NCBI RefSeq assembly: GCF_009834535.1
Contig: NC_045696.1
Span: 36,086,001 to 36,150,000 of the forward strand
Direction: 5' to 3'
Length of the DNA: 64,000 bases
Origin: Camelus ferus
Lineage: Eukaryota
The notes under the pieces are model-generated. The model was not told the DNA's origin, did not search any database, and worked only from the letters and a program-made list of their open reading frames with translations. Below are positions 24,251 to 35,505 of the stretch, in pieces. A program made the position numbers and the translations under genes. The stretch's first letter is position 1. Each line of letters begins with the position of its first letter.

Positions 24251-26404
24251 GGAATTTGGTCAACAGTAGAAAGACCAAGCAAACAAATGCTCATTCATGA
24301 CACTATATATCCCAGCATGTCACTAGAACAACTCGGAACATTTTAAAAACTCAAGCTCCAAGGTTTAGCAGTCCTAAAACTTTCACTCCATTTTAATTTT
24401 TGCATGTAATTAGAGAACCAATAGTAGTAATTCTAGGTAGGATGACTGAAGTTTGTATCAAACTGGAAGGTGGGGAATAGGTTTTAAATAAACATGTATT
24501 TCCTGAAAATAATTTATAACACTATAATTTCCAGGCCATTTGTGCAAAATTAAAGTTCACTTTAGATTTTTTTTCCTGCACATTGTGTTCCTCTTAAATA
24601 ACTCTTAGCTTCAAAAGCACTTCAAAATCTATATTGCTAAAATTCCCTGCATACATTTTCTAAGTTTTCCCAAAGTACTGTCAGCAAATTCTCCCATGAG
24701 CAATAGGAGACAACATACAAGATGTGGAACTCAATAACTAGAAGCCTCTTCCTTATATTTGAAACCATTAGTGACAGTCATGTTTGTTTGCCAAATTTTT
24801 TCTCATGCTTTCTGCTCTTTACCTCTCACACCAGTATTGTGAGACTCCAGTCTAGTCCAATGGCTCTCAGCACAAACACATCTACTAATAAAGCTGTAAT
24901 TCAGTTGCAGAAACTCTAAAGCTTAAGACCATCAAGCAAAGAAGAGACACACAAAAGCAACAAAAGAGGGAAGAGCTAAAAAAAAGAGGAACCCTTACTC
25001 CACATATCCTAACCCAGCTTCCACTTTCATCTTCTCTTTTTTGCTCTGTTTTTTGTTTTAAATATATTCTTCCCTTGTATTGAAGTCATGTCAGTGATCT
25101 ATCACAGCAAACAGATTCAGATGGAAAACAAAATAATGTTCTCCCATTCACACTACAGAATGGACAAAAGGGCTCAGGTTTAATATCCACTACTACATAA
25201 ATAAGTCTCTTAGGTACTCTTACATTTTCCAGCTTAGAAGTCTTTAATTTCAACATGTGGAAGATTTAGCCACATCGGGCTGTTATTTGTATTAGGTCTT
25301 GCCCTCCCTCTCTCCAACAATACTCCATAGAGTAATGAGCAAATATATTCCCCTTACAGTTAAAGAGTTTGGAAATTAAAACTATCTACCCAGAGGTAGA
25401 TAAGTAAAATCTCACTTTATGAAAGCTTTCCAGATGTCTTTACATCCGCTTCTTTCCCTTAAGGCAAAGAAGAATCAATGTGGAAAACCCTGATATTTTA
25501 AATAATTCTCTTCCTGTCCAGCAGTTTTTTTCTGCACAAGTCAGGCTCTGTGTATGATGCTACTCATACCTCTTTTGGCAGACTGATGTTCACAGTCACA
25601 TGCATACTGTAAGAACTCAAACATTTTGTTTCTTCTAAGCTCAACAGCTACCACTGGATGTAAACTTAGCTGCTTTGACTTGGGAAATCATAACAGACAG
25701 AAATTTCAATTAAACAAACTATGCTCTTTTCCAAACAGTCCCTAAGGCCAGATTCTCAGAGTCAGTCAAATATAAATTCCACTGCAATAATTCGAAATAG
25801 GTTGCTAACACATGCAAAAATCTGGAGTAGTCAACTTTTTTAAGCTGAAAGACCTACCAATAAGAATACCTCATAGTTACTTAAAACCGGTCTCCAAGGA
25901 TTTCAATGTTTTATCAACGCTCTGCCACTCAAGTCATAGGTACGAAGAGTGTTAATATTCCATAATTTAGGCAAAAGCACTTTAAAATGGACTAGCAACC
26001 AAGAAGACAAGAGTGAGGCAAGAGTAAATCCAGCACCACCTAAAAGAATGAGAAAGTGAACAAGATATACTAAGCAGAGAGGAAGAGAGAACCGAGGAAG
26101 GGTTGGCACACTTGGGCAAGTGGAGAGGGCTGACCGTGGCACACCTTCTTTTCCACCGGCAAATGGGGAAGCTGGGTTGCTCAGATGATCTCTAGAGTAT
26201 TTGAAGCTCTGGATTACGAAGACAAGCAATAAATGTAACTCCATCCTTTATTTCTTCTTCACTAATACTCAACATGATGACTTTTTAAAAACATAGAATA
26301 AATCTATTTTAATTTCATGTGGAATTCACTGGTGACTCTTGGGGGCAAAAGAAATAGTTATGAACACAATTTACCCATTTTAAATCAAGAAAGGATCTTA
26401 TAGC

Positions 26405-26550
26405 TCATTTTTCCCAATCATTTCCACTGCAGAAAGGAAACTGAGACCCGAAAGGGTAACAAGAATTGTTCCAGATTATACAACGAGTAAGCGACAGAAC
26501 TGGGGCTAGAACTTCAATCTACTTACTCCTGGTGTATGGTTTTTCCACTA
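26405..26550 (-). mobile_element. MIR SINE fragment
   Basis: GCAGAAAGGAAACTGAGACCCGAAAGGGTAA...GTAAGCGACAGAACTGGGGCTAGAACT. Confidence 0.7.
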
Positions 26551-26637
26551 TTCCATGTGGTGGCTCATAAACAAATCCTATATTTTTCAGTTTATTACTT
26601 CATCCATTGTGGTATCTGCGGAAGTGCGCTCTCTCAC

Positions 26638-27170
26638 CTCGATACACATTCTGTCTCGGTGGTCTGCCCTGCTCCTCCACGCCTGGGTTGTCAGCACCCT
26701 CCACTCCTTCCCCCTGCACAGAAGGGCTGGAGGACCAGGGCGTCCACAGCGTCTACGCACTCGGGTGCGCACGGGGACCCCCGCGGCAGGGCCGGTGCTG
26801 TGCCGCCTGGCCTTCGGGAGCGTCTGCCGTCCTTTATTCTTTCCCCCAGTCTCATCATCCTGGCCCTTCACTGGTCACTGTGTTCACAACCCCCGTGACA
26901 GGGACAGACCTAGAATGATTCCGCTCTGCTGCCCGCCGACTGCCTCGCGGAGGAACTCCAAGGGCCTGTGAGGGCCCCGGCGCCACCACCTCTCCTCCTT
27001 CCACACCAAACTCCACAGTCTCTCCATCTCCGACAGTGCAAGGGAGCTTGTGGGTGATTCTTCCCTACGGCAGTCCGCTGGTCCAATACATTTTCCCTGG
27101 GGTTCATTCCTGTAGATGAACCCACATCCGTTTCTCACAGGAAATGTCTGACTGCTCTGGAAACCTTCTT
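26638..27170 (-). other. Candidate first exon (probably 5'UTR) of an unidentified minus-strand gene
   Basis: Lies on the low-coordinate side of the GC-box cluster inside the CpG island and ends at a good minus-strand donor GAG|GTGAGA (intron starts at 26637). The start position is a guess. Confidence 0.45.
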
Positions 27171-27420
27171 TGCCCGGCGTGGGTGGGCGGAGCTGAGGCA
27201 CGGGGCGGGGGCTGCGGCGGCTCCGCCCCCGCGCTCAGCTGCAGAGCGTGGTGCCTGGGCAGCCTTCGGCAGCTGCACCCCACATGGTGTGACTGTGACT
27301 CACACCGGTGGAGGGGTCTGCTCCGCGTCTGCTGGGCTCCGCACTCCGCTCCACCACCGCTCCCGCTCCAGACGGAACTCTGAAACAAGTTTCTTAAATG
27401 GCCATCACGTTGGAACAACG
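26730..27420. promoter_or_regulatory. CpG island / GC-box promoter
   Basis: The only GC- and CpG-rich stretch in a CpG-depleted window. Sp/KLF boxes GGGCGG (27185-27190), GGGGCGGGG (27202-27210) and CCGCCC (27223-27228); ETS-like CAGGAAAT (about 27138) and ACATCCG (27124-27130); AP-1 TGACTCA (27296-27302); CCAAT (27083-27087). Confidence 0.85.
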
Positions 27421-28909
27421 TCCTAAAAATAATGCCTTATTTCATTCTTCAGTTTTTACTAAATTGGAAGCAAACTATGACTTAGGAAAGGAATATGGGT
27501 GAATTTTAACTAATAAGGACTGTTAGCTGTGGAAGCCTATGTTGTGTTCTAAGGAAGGGCTCTTTTGTAAGTAATTTCTTTATTGGATACTAGGAAGACT
27601 TTAGCACATTAGATTTTTGTAACACTGAGATTGAATCTGATTTTGCTAAGACTTATACCATTTCTGTCTTCAGTATAACTTGTATTAAAAGCTTCAAGTA
27701 AAACAGAATTTCTAATTCCAACTATGAGTATTTTGCCTCAATATATATAATATATATTGAACTTAAAAATCACATTCAATAATTGAGACTTGTAGGTACA
27801 ATATGCAAAATTTATATTGCAAGAAAACTGGGAATAGTGGGTCCAATACAAGGAAGCGAAAGTGAGTTTTTCTGGTAAGAATACATACATGAATTTTTAG
27901 AGATATGTTTTCCTGGGGCACATTTATTATGGTTTTTGAGGCCTAGAAATTTACAGTTTCTCATATTATAGGGGAAGAGGAAACATGACTAGTTTTATTT
28001 TTTACTACTGTGAAAAATAATTTATTGAGCTCTGTGTAAACACACAATTTTTCTAATGGCATATTTTGCTTTCACTGATAATGTATTTTGCAAACAAAGC
28101 CTTTAGGGATAATAGGATCTCCAGACTGAGAATGGAAAGCAAGCTTAATGTCTGACTTGAAAGTGACTGTGATAAAAGGTCAGCAGACATCATCAATATC
28201 TGATGATTTCTCATCTGTGCCTCACAAGGCAATTTCAATCCAACAAATATTTATTGAAAGCTTATGCCATGGTAAACCAAACCTTATTCTGGGTTATTGT
28301 TAGTTCCTATTCATGTATTCTAATAAACAAATTCTAAGATAGCCCAATTATACAGATGGCTGGTCTGTCCTAGCAAGAAGAAACCATCCTGGTAATTTGA
28401 ATGATTGTCAAAATGCAGGATTATATATTAGTTTGTAAAAGAGTAAAAGATTTTATTTCCAGTTCTCAGTTTTATATGCTCTTTTGGACATTTGGCCTGA
28501 TACATGAAATATGAAATCACCCACAGTGACAGTGCCTATGAAAAAACTGAAGGTTCTCCTTTTTTCTTAAAGATTCTGCCCTATTTTATAATTTTAAAAC
28601 AAAACCATGTTAAAACTAGTGCTTCCAGCAAAAATCTCATCATTTCCATTGCAAAAGCATAAGGAGCTACTGAATAGTTTCTCTTGTGTACTCAAGGATC
28701 TTTAAACAAGAATGAGTTTCACAAATAGAAAGCGATGAACAAGACAGGAACAAAAGTGAAACACAAGAAAATCGATTCATCACCCATCTTTTGTCAAGTT
28801 CTTATTAAGTGAACAGCTCATGGGAGCAAGAGCTTGATGTTGGCCAAATTCTCAGTGTATATCAGTTTTTAAGTGGATAGAACACTGGATTAGTAAAAAG
28901 CCTGCTTGC

Positions 28910-29405
28910 TCAGTGTAGAGACTACTTGGTCCTGAGCCTCACAGGTTTGTTTTTCTCTCCTTCTGGACTCAAAGCCTCTGTCGCAACCATGCTCTGCCAT
29001 ATCATTGGTCAGGCCAAGAAGCAACCTAGCTTGATTCCCCCCTTCATATTTATTGGAGCAGGAAGTACTGGAGCAGTGCTATGTATCTGGCACCTGGCAC
29101 TGTCAATCCAGATGTTAGGTGGGACAGAAAGAATAACCCAGAACCCTGGAACAAACTAGATCCCAATGATCAATACAAGTTCTACTCAGTGAATGTAGAT
29201 TATAGCAAACTGAAGAAAGAAGGTCCAGACTTCTAAATGAAATGTCTCACCATAAAGCTGCTTAGAATGAAGGTCTTTCAGAAACCATCCACACGCAATT
29301 TTCCACTTAACCAGGAGATATTTCCCCTCTGAATACACAAAGTCATGTTGGTGTATGGTACTGGGGTTTACACTGATAAATATGTGACACTTGGGGGGAA
29401 AAAGA
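28910..29405 (+). pseudogene. NDUFA4: Processed pseudogene of NDUFA4 (COXFA4, cytochrome c oxidase-associated subunit); CDS-equivalent 28989-29236
   Basis: Intronless. ATG at 28989 gives [38 protein letters not shown]. After a 1-bp deletion at about 29103 it reads [46 protein letters not shown]. The 3'UTR (GCTGCTTAGAATGAAGGTCTT...ATTTTCCACTTAACCAGG) matches the recalled NDUFA4 UTR. Poly(A) and TSD are decayed. Confidence 0.95.
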
Positions 29406-30170
29406 ACCTACCTTAGTTTGGGTATGAGCAAGTCTTTATGTTGAAATATATTGAATGACCAAACATTAACTAAGACCCTCTCTGTGTAAGCAACTCTGAT
29501 AGATACTATAATTGCATATCCATTTATTAAAGAAAATGTCTTAAAAATAGGAGAACAGTTGAACACAGAGCTCAAATTACAAGTATAAATTTATCTCTAG
29601 TATAAATATAAATTTATGATTCTTACTAGGTTATCAGAAAAAGCTGCAAGAAACAAAATTAAACATCAGTTGACCTGTACATTCCAGAGATGAAGTACCT
29701 AGAATATTTTTTAGTTATATATTTATTTGAAATATTTCTATATCGTCCAGTGGTAAGTCAGTTATTTAATGCATGGTGATTTTTAAAAAATAATTGGCAT
29801 TTTACATACTCTATTTTGAAGTGTTTACAATGAGAGTGACTCTTTCTCAATTATGAATTGATCCTTTGAATTACAAGCCAGAGCCTAGAAAATATGTGAA
29901 TGGCTAATAAAATTCGGTGAATGATGTTCTAATTTGTCAAGTGGGTGAAAATACATCCGGGATATGGAAACTGAGAATTCTGAAAGTTACTTTAATATTA
30001 ATCTAAAGCTTTTGGAAGCTCCAATATAGGGCAAATAAACGCACTGAATGTAACAAAAATATGTTTTTTTTAATTTTTTCAAGAAATTTTCTCAAATTAT
30101 ACTGTACTCACACTTCACTACACCACATTAGATTGGGTGGAGTTACAATACTGAAAGTAACCATGAAACC

Positions 30171-30236
30171 AATCAATAAACAAATCAATAAACCAGATGT
30201 GGAACCAGCCACAAATCAATAAACCAGATGTGGAAC
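30171..30236. repeat. Local tandem duplication (26 bp x2 plus a partial third copy)
   Basis: ACAAATCAATAAACCAGATGTGGAAC is identical at 30180-30205 and 30211-30236; AATCAATAAAC also occurs at 30171-30181. Confidence 0.9.
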
Positions 30237-31188
30237 TGTCTTAGTGTGAGATGCCAGAGAAAAGTAGTTTATTCACATACTCAAATTTTGGAAATATCTT
30301 TTCAGTCCCTTTCACGTGCAAGGCCTTAATGTATATTGTATAGAGTATGTTAAATCAAAGAGAAGTTTCGACCTTGAGGAGCTTACAGTTTAATGTGAGG
30401 GGTGTGCACAGTTCTTAGGAGGACCATACACTTGGTGATAGAGACGCTAAACACCAGTCCTAGAAGAGGCTGGCTATTTGTAAGGTTTGGAGATCTTGAG
30501 ATGAATGTTACAGGAGTTGGGAAAAAAATCAGCTCAAATGTGGGGCAAACAGGGCAGAACCAGCATCCCCAGAATGGGCCAGCTTTCAGAGACCAGTAGT
30601 AAATACAGAGAGAACATACTGGATGGCAAGTATAGGAAATATTTAAATAAGAAGACAGATACAATGTAGTGTTTGTTATGAGCCAGGTCATCAACAACAT
30701 CTGTTGAAAGATTAGATGGAGAAAAGAAAGAGAACTCATCCAATTCCAACTGTTTCACAGAAAATAACTGCCAGAAAGAAGTAGGCAAGACGAATCTGGT
30801 CAACCAATGGTGTACATGGTCTCCCAAAGACCTAATGCCCCGAGCACAGAGGTGAGAATGGGAAAGACAGAAAGTGGGAAGGAATAAGTTCATTTGGAGC
30901 ATCCGAGAGGGCTGCAAGAGAAAGGTGTTATTTTAACTGAGACTTGATTTAGAGTTTCAGACAAGTAATAATTTTGAGAAGAACATTTAAACTCCCATAA
31001 AAATCAGGTGTGTAAGAAATATATTCTCAGCACAGAGAGTCAATTGCTGCAGGCCAGTGAAGAGGTGAGGGTGCAGCACAGATTCATCAGCTGGGTAGCT
31101 GGAAGCCAAGGAAGCTTTCCGAGTTGGGGGACATGAAGAACTGGCAAGGTGCAGAGGCAGCCCCATGGTTGGGAGATTGAGCAAGTTA

Positions 31189-31229
31189 GTGTGTGTATGT
31201 GTGTGTGTGCGCGCATGCACGCGTGTGTA
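31189..31229. repeat. (TG)/(CG) alternating purine-pyrimidine tract
   Basis: GTGTGTGTATGTGTGTGTGTGCGCGCATGCACGCGTGTGTA, 41 bp of unbroken alternation. Confidence 0.9.
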
Positions 31230-31339
31230 ATTTCTCACCATCAGAGAAGAGATTTACAGGCATGGACAGAGAGAAGGATAGAAAGAATCTTCAGGGGAGT
31301 TTCAATAAGACATATTAGCATGAATTTTTTTTTTACAAT

Positions 31340-32040
31340 TCTAAGATACATATAGCAATATATGGAGACATATGAATACATGTATTTGCTAGTTCTGTTT
31401 TCTGACAGATCCTTGAAGCAATGCCATCTCAAGAGCAATGAACATGTTGAACACCCAGATCGTGGTTTCTGAATACCATCCTCCATCAAAAGGAACCAGA
31501 GCCTCTTGGGAAGATGGCTGATTCCAGGGCTGGAATGAGGCAAAAACAAGATGAACCTGGGACATCTTGTTATGCCAAATAGCAAGAAAATGCAAAAAGA
31601 CACAGGAGTCAGCTTGAGAAGCCAAATCTATAACAATTTGCATCAAAATAAATAATGAAAGTAATGGATTACTAACTCATTGAACAAAATACAAATTTGT
31701 AAGTCCATTTATAGCACAGAAAACTAGGAAATAATAAAATAAAGTCCATGTAATATAAACAAATAAATAATAAATAAACAAAAAGAAAAACTCTCCCTTA
31801 CAGTAGAGTAACAAGTAATAAATGAAGATAGAATGATGAAAATGGAAAATCAACCATTTGACAACTGTTATAGACTTATGACTAATTCAAGAGAAAATCA
31901 TCAATGGATGATGAGGCTGGTAGGAGGTTTGAAAAGCTACAGAAGAGTAGTATAATATCAGAATTTCTCCTCAGAGAAAACTTATAAATTACAAATGGGG
32001 AAATGGAGATGCCTGGTACATACCAACTTGACCAAGTCAT
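31340..32040 (+). mobile_element. L1MC/L1MD-type 3'UTR fragment
   Basis: ACACCCAGATCGTGGTTTCTGAATACCATCCTCCATCAAAAGGAACCAGAGCCTCTTGGGAAGATGGCTGATTCCAGGGCTGG is characteristic of these L1 3' ends. Confidence 0.8.
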
Positions 32041-32049
32041 TTCATTCTT

Positions 32050-32140
32050 CTTGCCTCCAGAACTGAGGAATAAATTCCTGACGTTTATAAACCACCCTGT
32101 CTATGGTACTTTGTAATAGCAACCGGAACAAAGATAAATG
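32050..32140 (+). mobile_element. MaLR LTR 3' fragment
   Basis: GCCTCCAGAACTGAGGAATAAATTCCTG...CTATGGTACTTTGTAATAGCA. Confidence 0.65.
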
Positions 32141-32171
32141 CCATGTTGAATAAACAAACTGAAATGTGTTT

Positions 32172-32299
32172 GTTTGTTTGTTTGTTTTTGTGGGGGGAGG
32201 TAATTAGGTTTATTTATTTTAATATTGGTACTGGGAATTGAACCCAGGACCTTGTGCATGCTAGGCATGCACTCTGCCACTGAGCTATATACCCTCCCC
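32172..32299 (-). mobile_element. Young tRNA-derived SINE, camelid Vic-1 type
   Basis: Minus strand GGGGAGGGTATATAGCTCAGTGGCAGAGTGCATGCCTAGCATGCACAAGGTCCTGGGTTCAATTCCCAGTACC with A/B boxes and an (AAAC)n tail; perfect 13-bp TSD CTGAAATGTGTTT (32159-32171, 32300-32312). Confidence 0.93.
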
Positions 32300-32801
32300 C
32301 TGAAATGTGTTTTATTTGTCATAATTTTTTCATAACAGTATAGTTTGCTTACTTCAGGGTTTTTCTAGATTAGAAAAGTAACAAATTTCTGACTGACATT
32401 ATGCAGATTGAAGCCATCAGTAAAATGTTTATTGGAGAGGAAGTCCATAATTTCAGTAGACAGTGAACCGTGTGGAGCCTGGAAGGAGCAGAGTGTGGCC
32501 TGTTCAGGGACCTCAGTAGAGTGTCTGGAACAGCATCCCCCTTGTTTTCAAAAGCAGACATGTTGAAACTCAGCCTAAAATTACGTGGCCAAGCTGTGGG
32601 TGCTGGACACGTATCACAGTAGTGGGCTAGACTCCTGACAGCTTCCTGTAAAGGAATGTTTCCTCTCAAGGAAAGGTTTTTGTGAATCACAAGTCTAGGT
32701 AGGGCTTCCTTTCTGAAAAAGCAAGAGACCCGGGGAATAATCAATCCACTGAAATAAGCGGTCCTAATAAAAACTTTAGAATATAATGATGTATGCCTCG
32801 G

Positions 32802-33391
32802 TGCTTCAGTTAGGGTTCTCCAGAAAAACAGAACCAACTTTATATTTAAATAGATAAACAGATACAGATATAGATGACATACATATATCATATATGTGTT
32901 GTATACAGAGAAAAAGAGACAGGTGGAGAGACAGAGAAACAAAGAGAGACAAAGAGAGAGAGAAAAAGAGACAGAGAGAGAGAAAGATTTACTTTAAGGA
33001 ATTTACTTACGCAATTGTGGGGACTGTTAAGTCCAAAATTCGTAACAAAGGCAACTAGGCTGGAAACTCAGATAAGAGTTAAGAGCTGATGTTTTAGCCT
33101 TGAGTCTGAAATCTGTAGGGAAGGGTGGCAGGCTGGAAACTCAAGCAAAAGTTCTGTGTCCAGTTTGAGGTAGAATATATTCTTCTCCAGTAAACCTAAG
33201 TTTCTGCTCTTAAGTTCTGATTGAATGACACCCATCCAAATTACCTATGGCAATCTTCTTTCCTAAAGTCAGCTGATTATAAATGTTAATCATATCTGCA
33301 AAATACCTTCACAACAACATTTAGACTAGCATTTGACCAAACAACTATCCACCATAGTCTAGCCAAACTGACACATAAAAGTTACCATCAC
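32802..33391 (-). mobile_element. ERVL solo LTR (MLT2-type)
   Basis: TAGGGTTCTCCAGAAAAACAGAACCAA, an internal GA/TA simple repeat, GCAGGCTGGAAACTCA, and terminal CTAGCCAAACTGACACATAAAAGTTACCATCAC. Confidence 0.88.
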
Positions 33392-35065
33392 CCTCAGTAT
33401 CTTCTGGAAAATTTTTAAATTCTCAACAAATTATTTTCAAAGAGCATACAAAAACATGAAGATGGCCATTTAGAAAATTACTGTTCAATGTCTGCACTTC
33501 AAAGAGATATAAACACACATATATACAAGACTCTAACATATACCCAAAATTATGCCCAGAAGATTATTACTTGTTGATAGAATCTATTCAAATTCAAAAT
33601 ATGTAATGACTGAGGTTTAACTACTCTAGTCCCTAACCAGAGCAGACTGAGAAGGAGGAAGAGATTTTAAAAAGGAAAAAAAGAAAGAAAGCAGGCAAGC
33701 TAGCCTACAAGGTGAGAAGTTTTACTGAAAAGATGGCAGGAGAGGTGAAAGAAAAAGGAAAAATAAAACAGAGGCAAACAAAGGAGAAGATTTTTACTTA
33801 AATCTGTACGAATAATGACACCAGCCAAATTTGAAAAAATGGGCCAGGATAGCATAGCTAATGAGATTTAATTTGACATATAGCATTACAGACAATTAGG
33901 GTGTATCCAGACTCACACTTTAAAAAAAAAAAAATACTAACCTCAAAGGCAATAATAGAAATAGACTTCCTTTTTTAAAGAAAATCACAAGGCATGGCAC
34001 ATTCTAAAAAATCTTGTATGTAGAAAAATAAGGGATCTATAAATCACATATAAATTCAGAGAACTTCCCAAAATGGACACAGTTAAATTCTTTTGTAGAG
34101 AGGCACCAATACAAGCCTTTTTACTTTGCAAACCTCTGTCTTCCCCGCCGTCCTTGTTCTTCCTCTAACCCTGTTTATCTCCTTTATACAAGACATTCAC
34201 TTTAAAGTTAATGAGGTTGGAAAGAAATCATGAAGTGAGCATTGGAAGGGAAAAAGGCGGGAAGGTTCAGATTAATTCACCATGAAGATCAGCCACATTC
34301 TGTCCACAGCCTTATCCTCTTTCATTTTTGCATATAGTAAAACATCTTTATTATATTTTTCACAAATTAATTGGGTTGGCTTAATCTCAGTAAAGCACTT
34401 GTTTCTTTAAGTAGGTTAAAGTACTTGAAATTTTAAGCTTTTCTAAAATAATTTAAATATTTCACTTGTGGAAGTGGCTTTTCTACTGGGTTCATATGAT
34501 TGCAGTTTCCTAGCAAAAAATAAAAAAGTAATGTGCCTTGAGCTTACTTTTCAGAATTTCACTTTAAAAGCCCAGATCTAAAGTTCAAAACAACACATTT
34601 CTTATAAATTAGTAATTATTCAAAGAAAAGTTGCAAACAGAAGAGAAAACTAAGACATAGGGCATAAGGCGAAAATTAGCTGAAGACCTCTGTGGTTTGT
34701 TTTCCTGACGTGGTAGTTACAGGACTGAGTGCACACTTGATTCAGTCCTGCAGAGTTTAAAATGGTGCATATATAACTGCTTAATAAATGTTTTTTCTTA
34801 TAACATTGGTAGATTGCAAATAATTAATACTGTCCTAGATAATAACATTGCTCAAAATATGCTCATCATCTGATATACATCATCTCACTTAATTTGTCCC
34901 TGTAAAATAGGCTGAACAGGTGGATAATCTTAATCTAATTTTATAAGCAGGAAGCCTTGACTTAGAAACCTAACAAGTATAAAGGTGAAACTAAGGCTCA
35001 GACTTCCGACTTGAGAGTTTTGCTCTTTGTAGTACTCTTGGCTTTGGTTTAGTTTATGTTGAGCT

Positions 35066-35505
35066 AATGTCCTTGAGAATATTATGCTAAATGGCATAAG
35101 TAAAACAGAAAAGACAAATACTGTATGATACCTCATACTGTATGGACTCTTAGAAAATCCAAATCATAAAAGCAGAGAGTAAAATGGTGGTTACCAGGAA
35201 CTAGGAAGTGGGAGAAAGGGAGAGATGTTTGAGGGTAACTAGTAGATAATTATCTAAATCCTAAAGACCTAATACACAGTGCAAGGATCATAGACAACAA
35301 AACTGTATTATAAACATTAAACTTGCTAAGAGACTAGATCTTAATTGTTTCCACCACCAGAAGAAATGATAATTATGTGATGTAATAGGGGTGTTAGCTA
35401 ACACTACAATGGCAATCATACTGCAATATAAATGTATCAAACCATTATGTTGTACACCTTAAATTTATACAATGTGATATGTCAAATATATCTCAGTAAA
35501 AAAAT
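35066..35505 (+). mobile_element. L1 3' end (L1MA-like), 5'-truncated
   Basis: AAGACAAATACTGTATGATACCTC...GGTGGTTACCAGG...ACTTGCTAAGAGACTAGATCTTAA...TGTACACCTTAAATTTATACAATG, then an A-rich tail. Confidence 0.88.

Noticed and set aside
26536..27418. Cluster of 70-138 aa ORFs on both strands
   Set aside because: Expected from stop-codon scarcity in a GC-rich island; no recognisable domain.
30171..30236. Direct repeats as a mini-CRISPR
   Set aside because: Only two full copies with a 5-nt gap, and no spacers or cas genes.
32228..32299. tRNA gene
   Set aside because: The tRNA-like head is followed by a SINE body, a tail and a TSD, so it is a SINE.
32370..32942. 190-aa ORF, the longest in the track
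   Set aside because: It starts at a non-ATG codon in the simple-repeat part of an MLT2 LTR and has no protein-like features.
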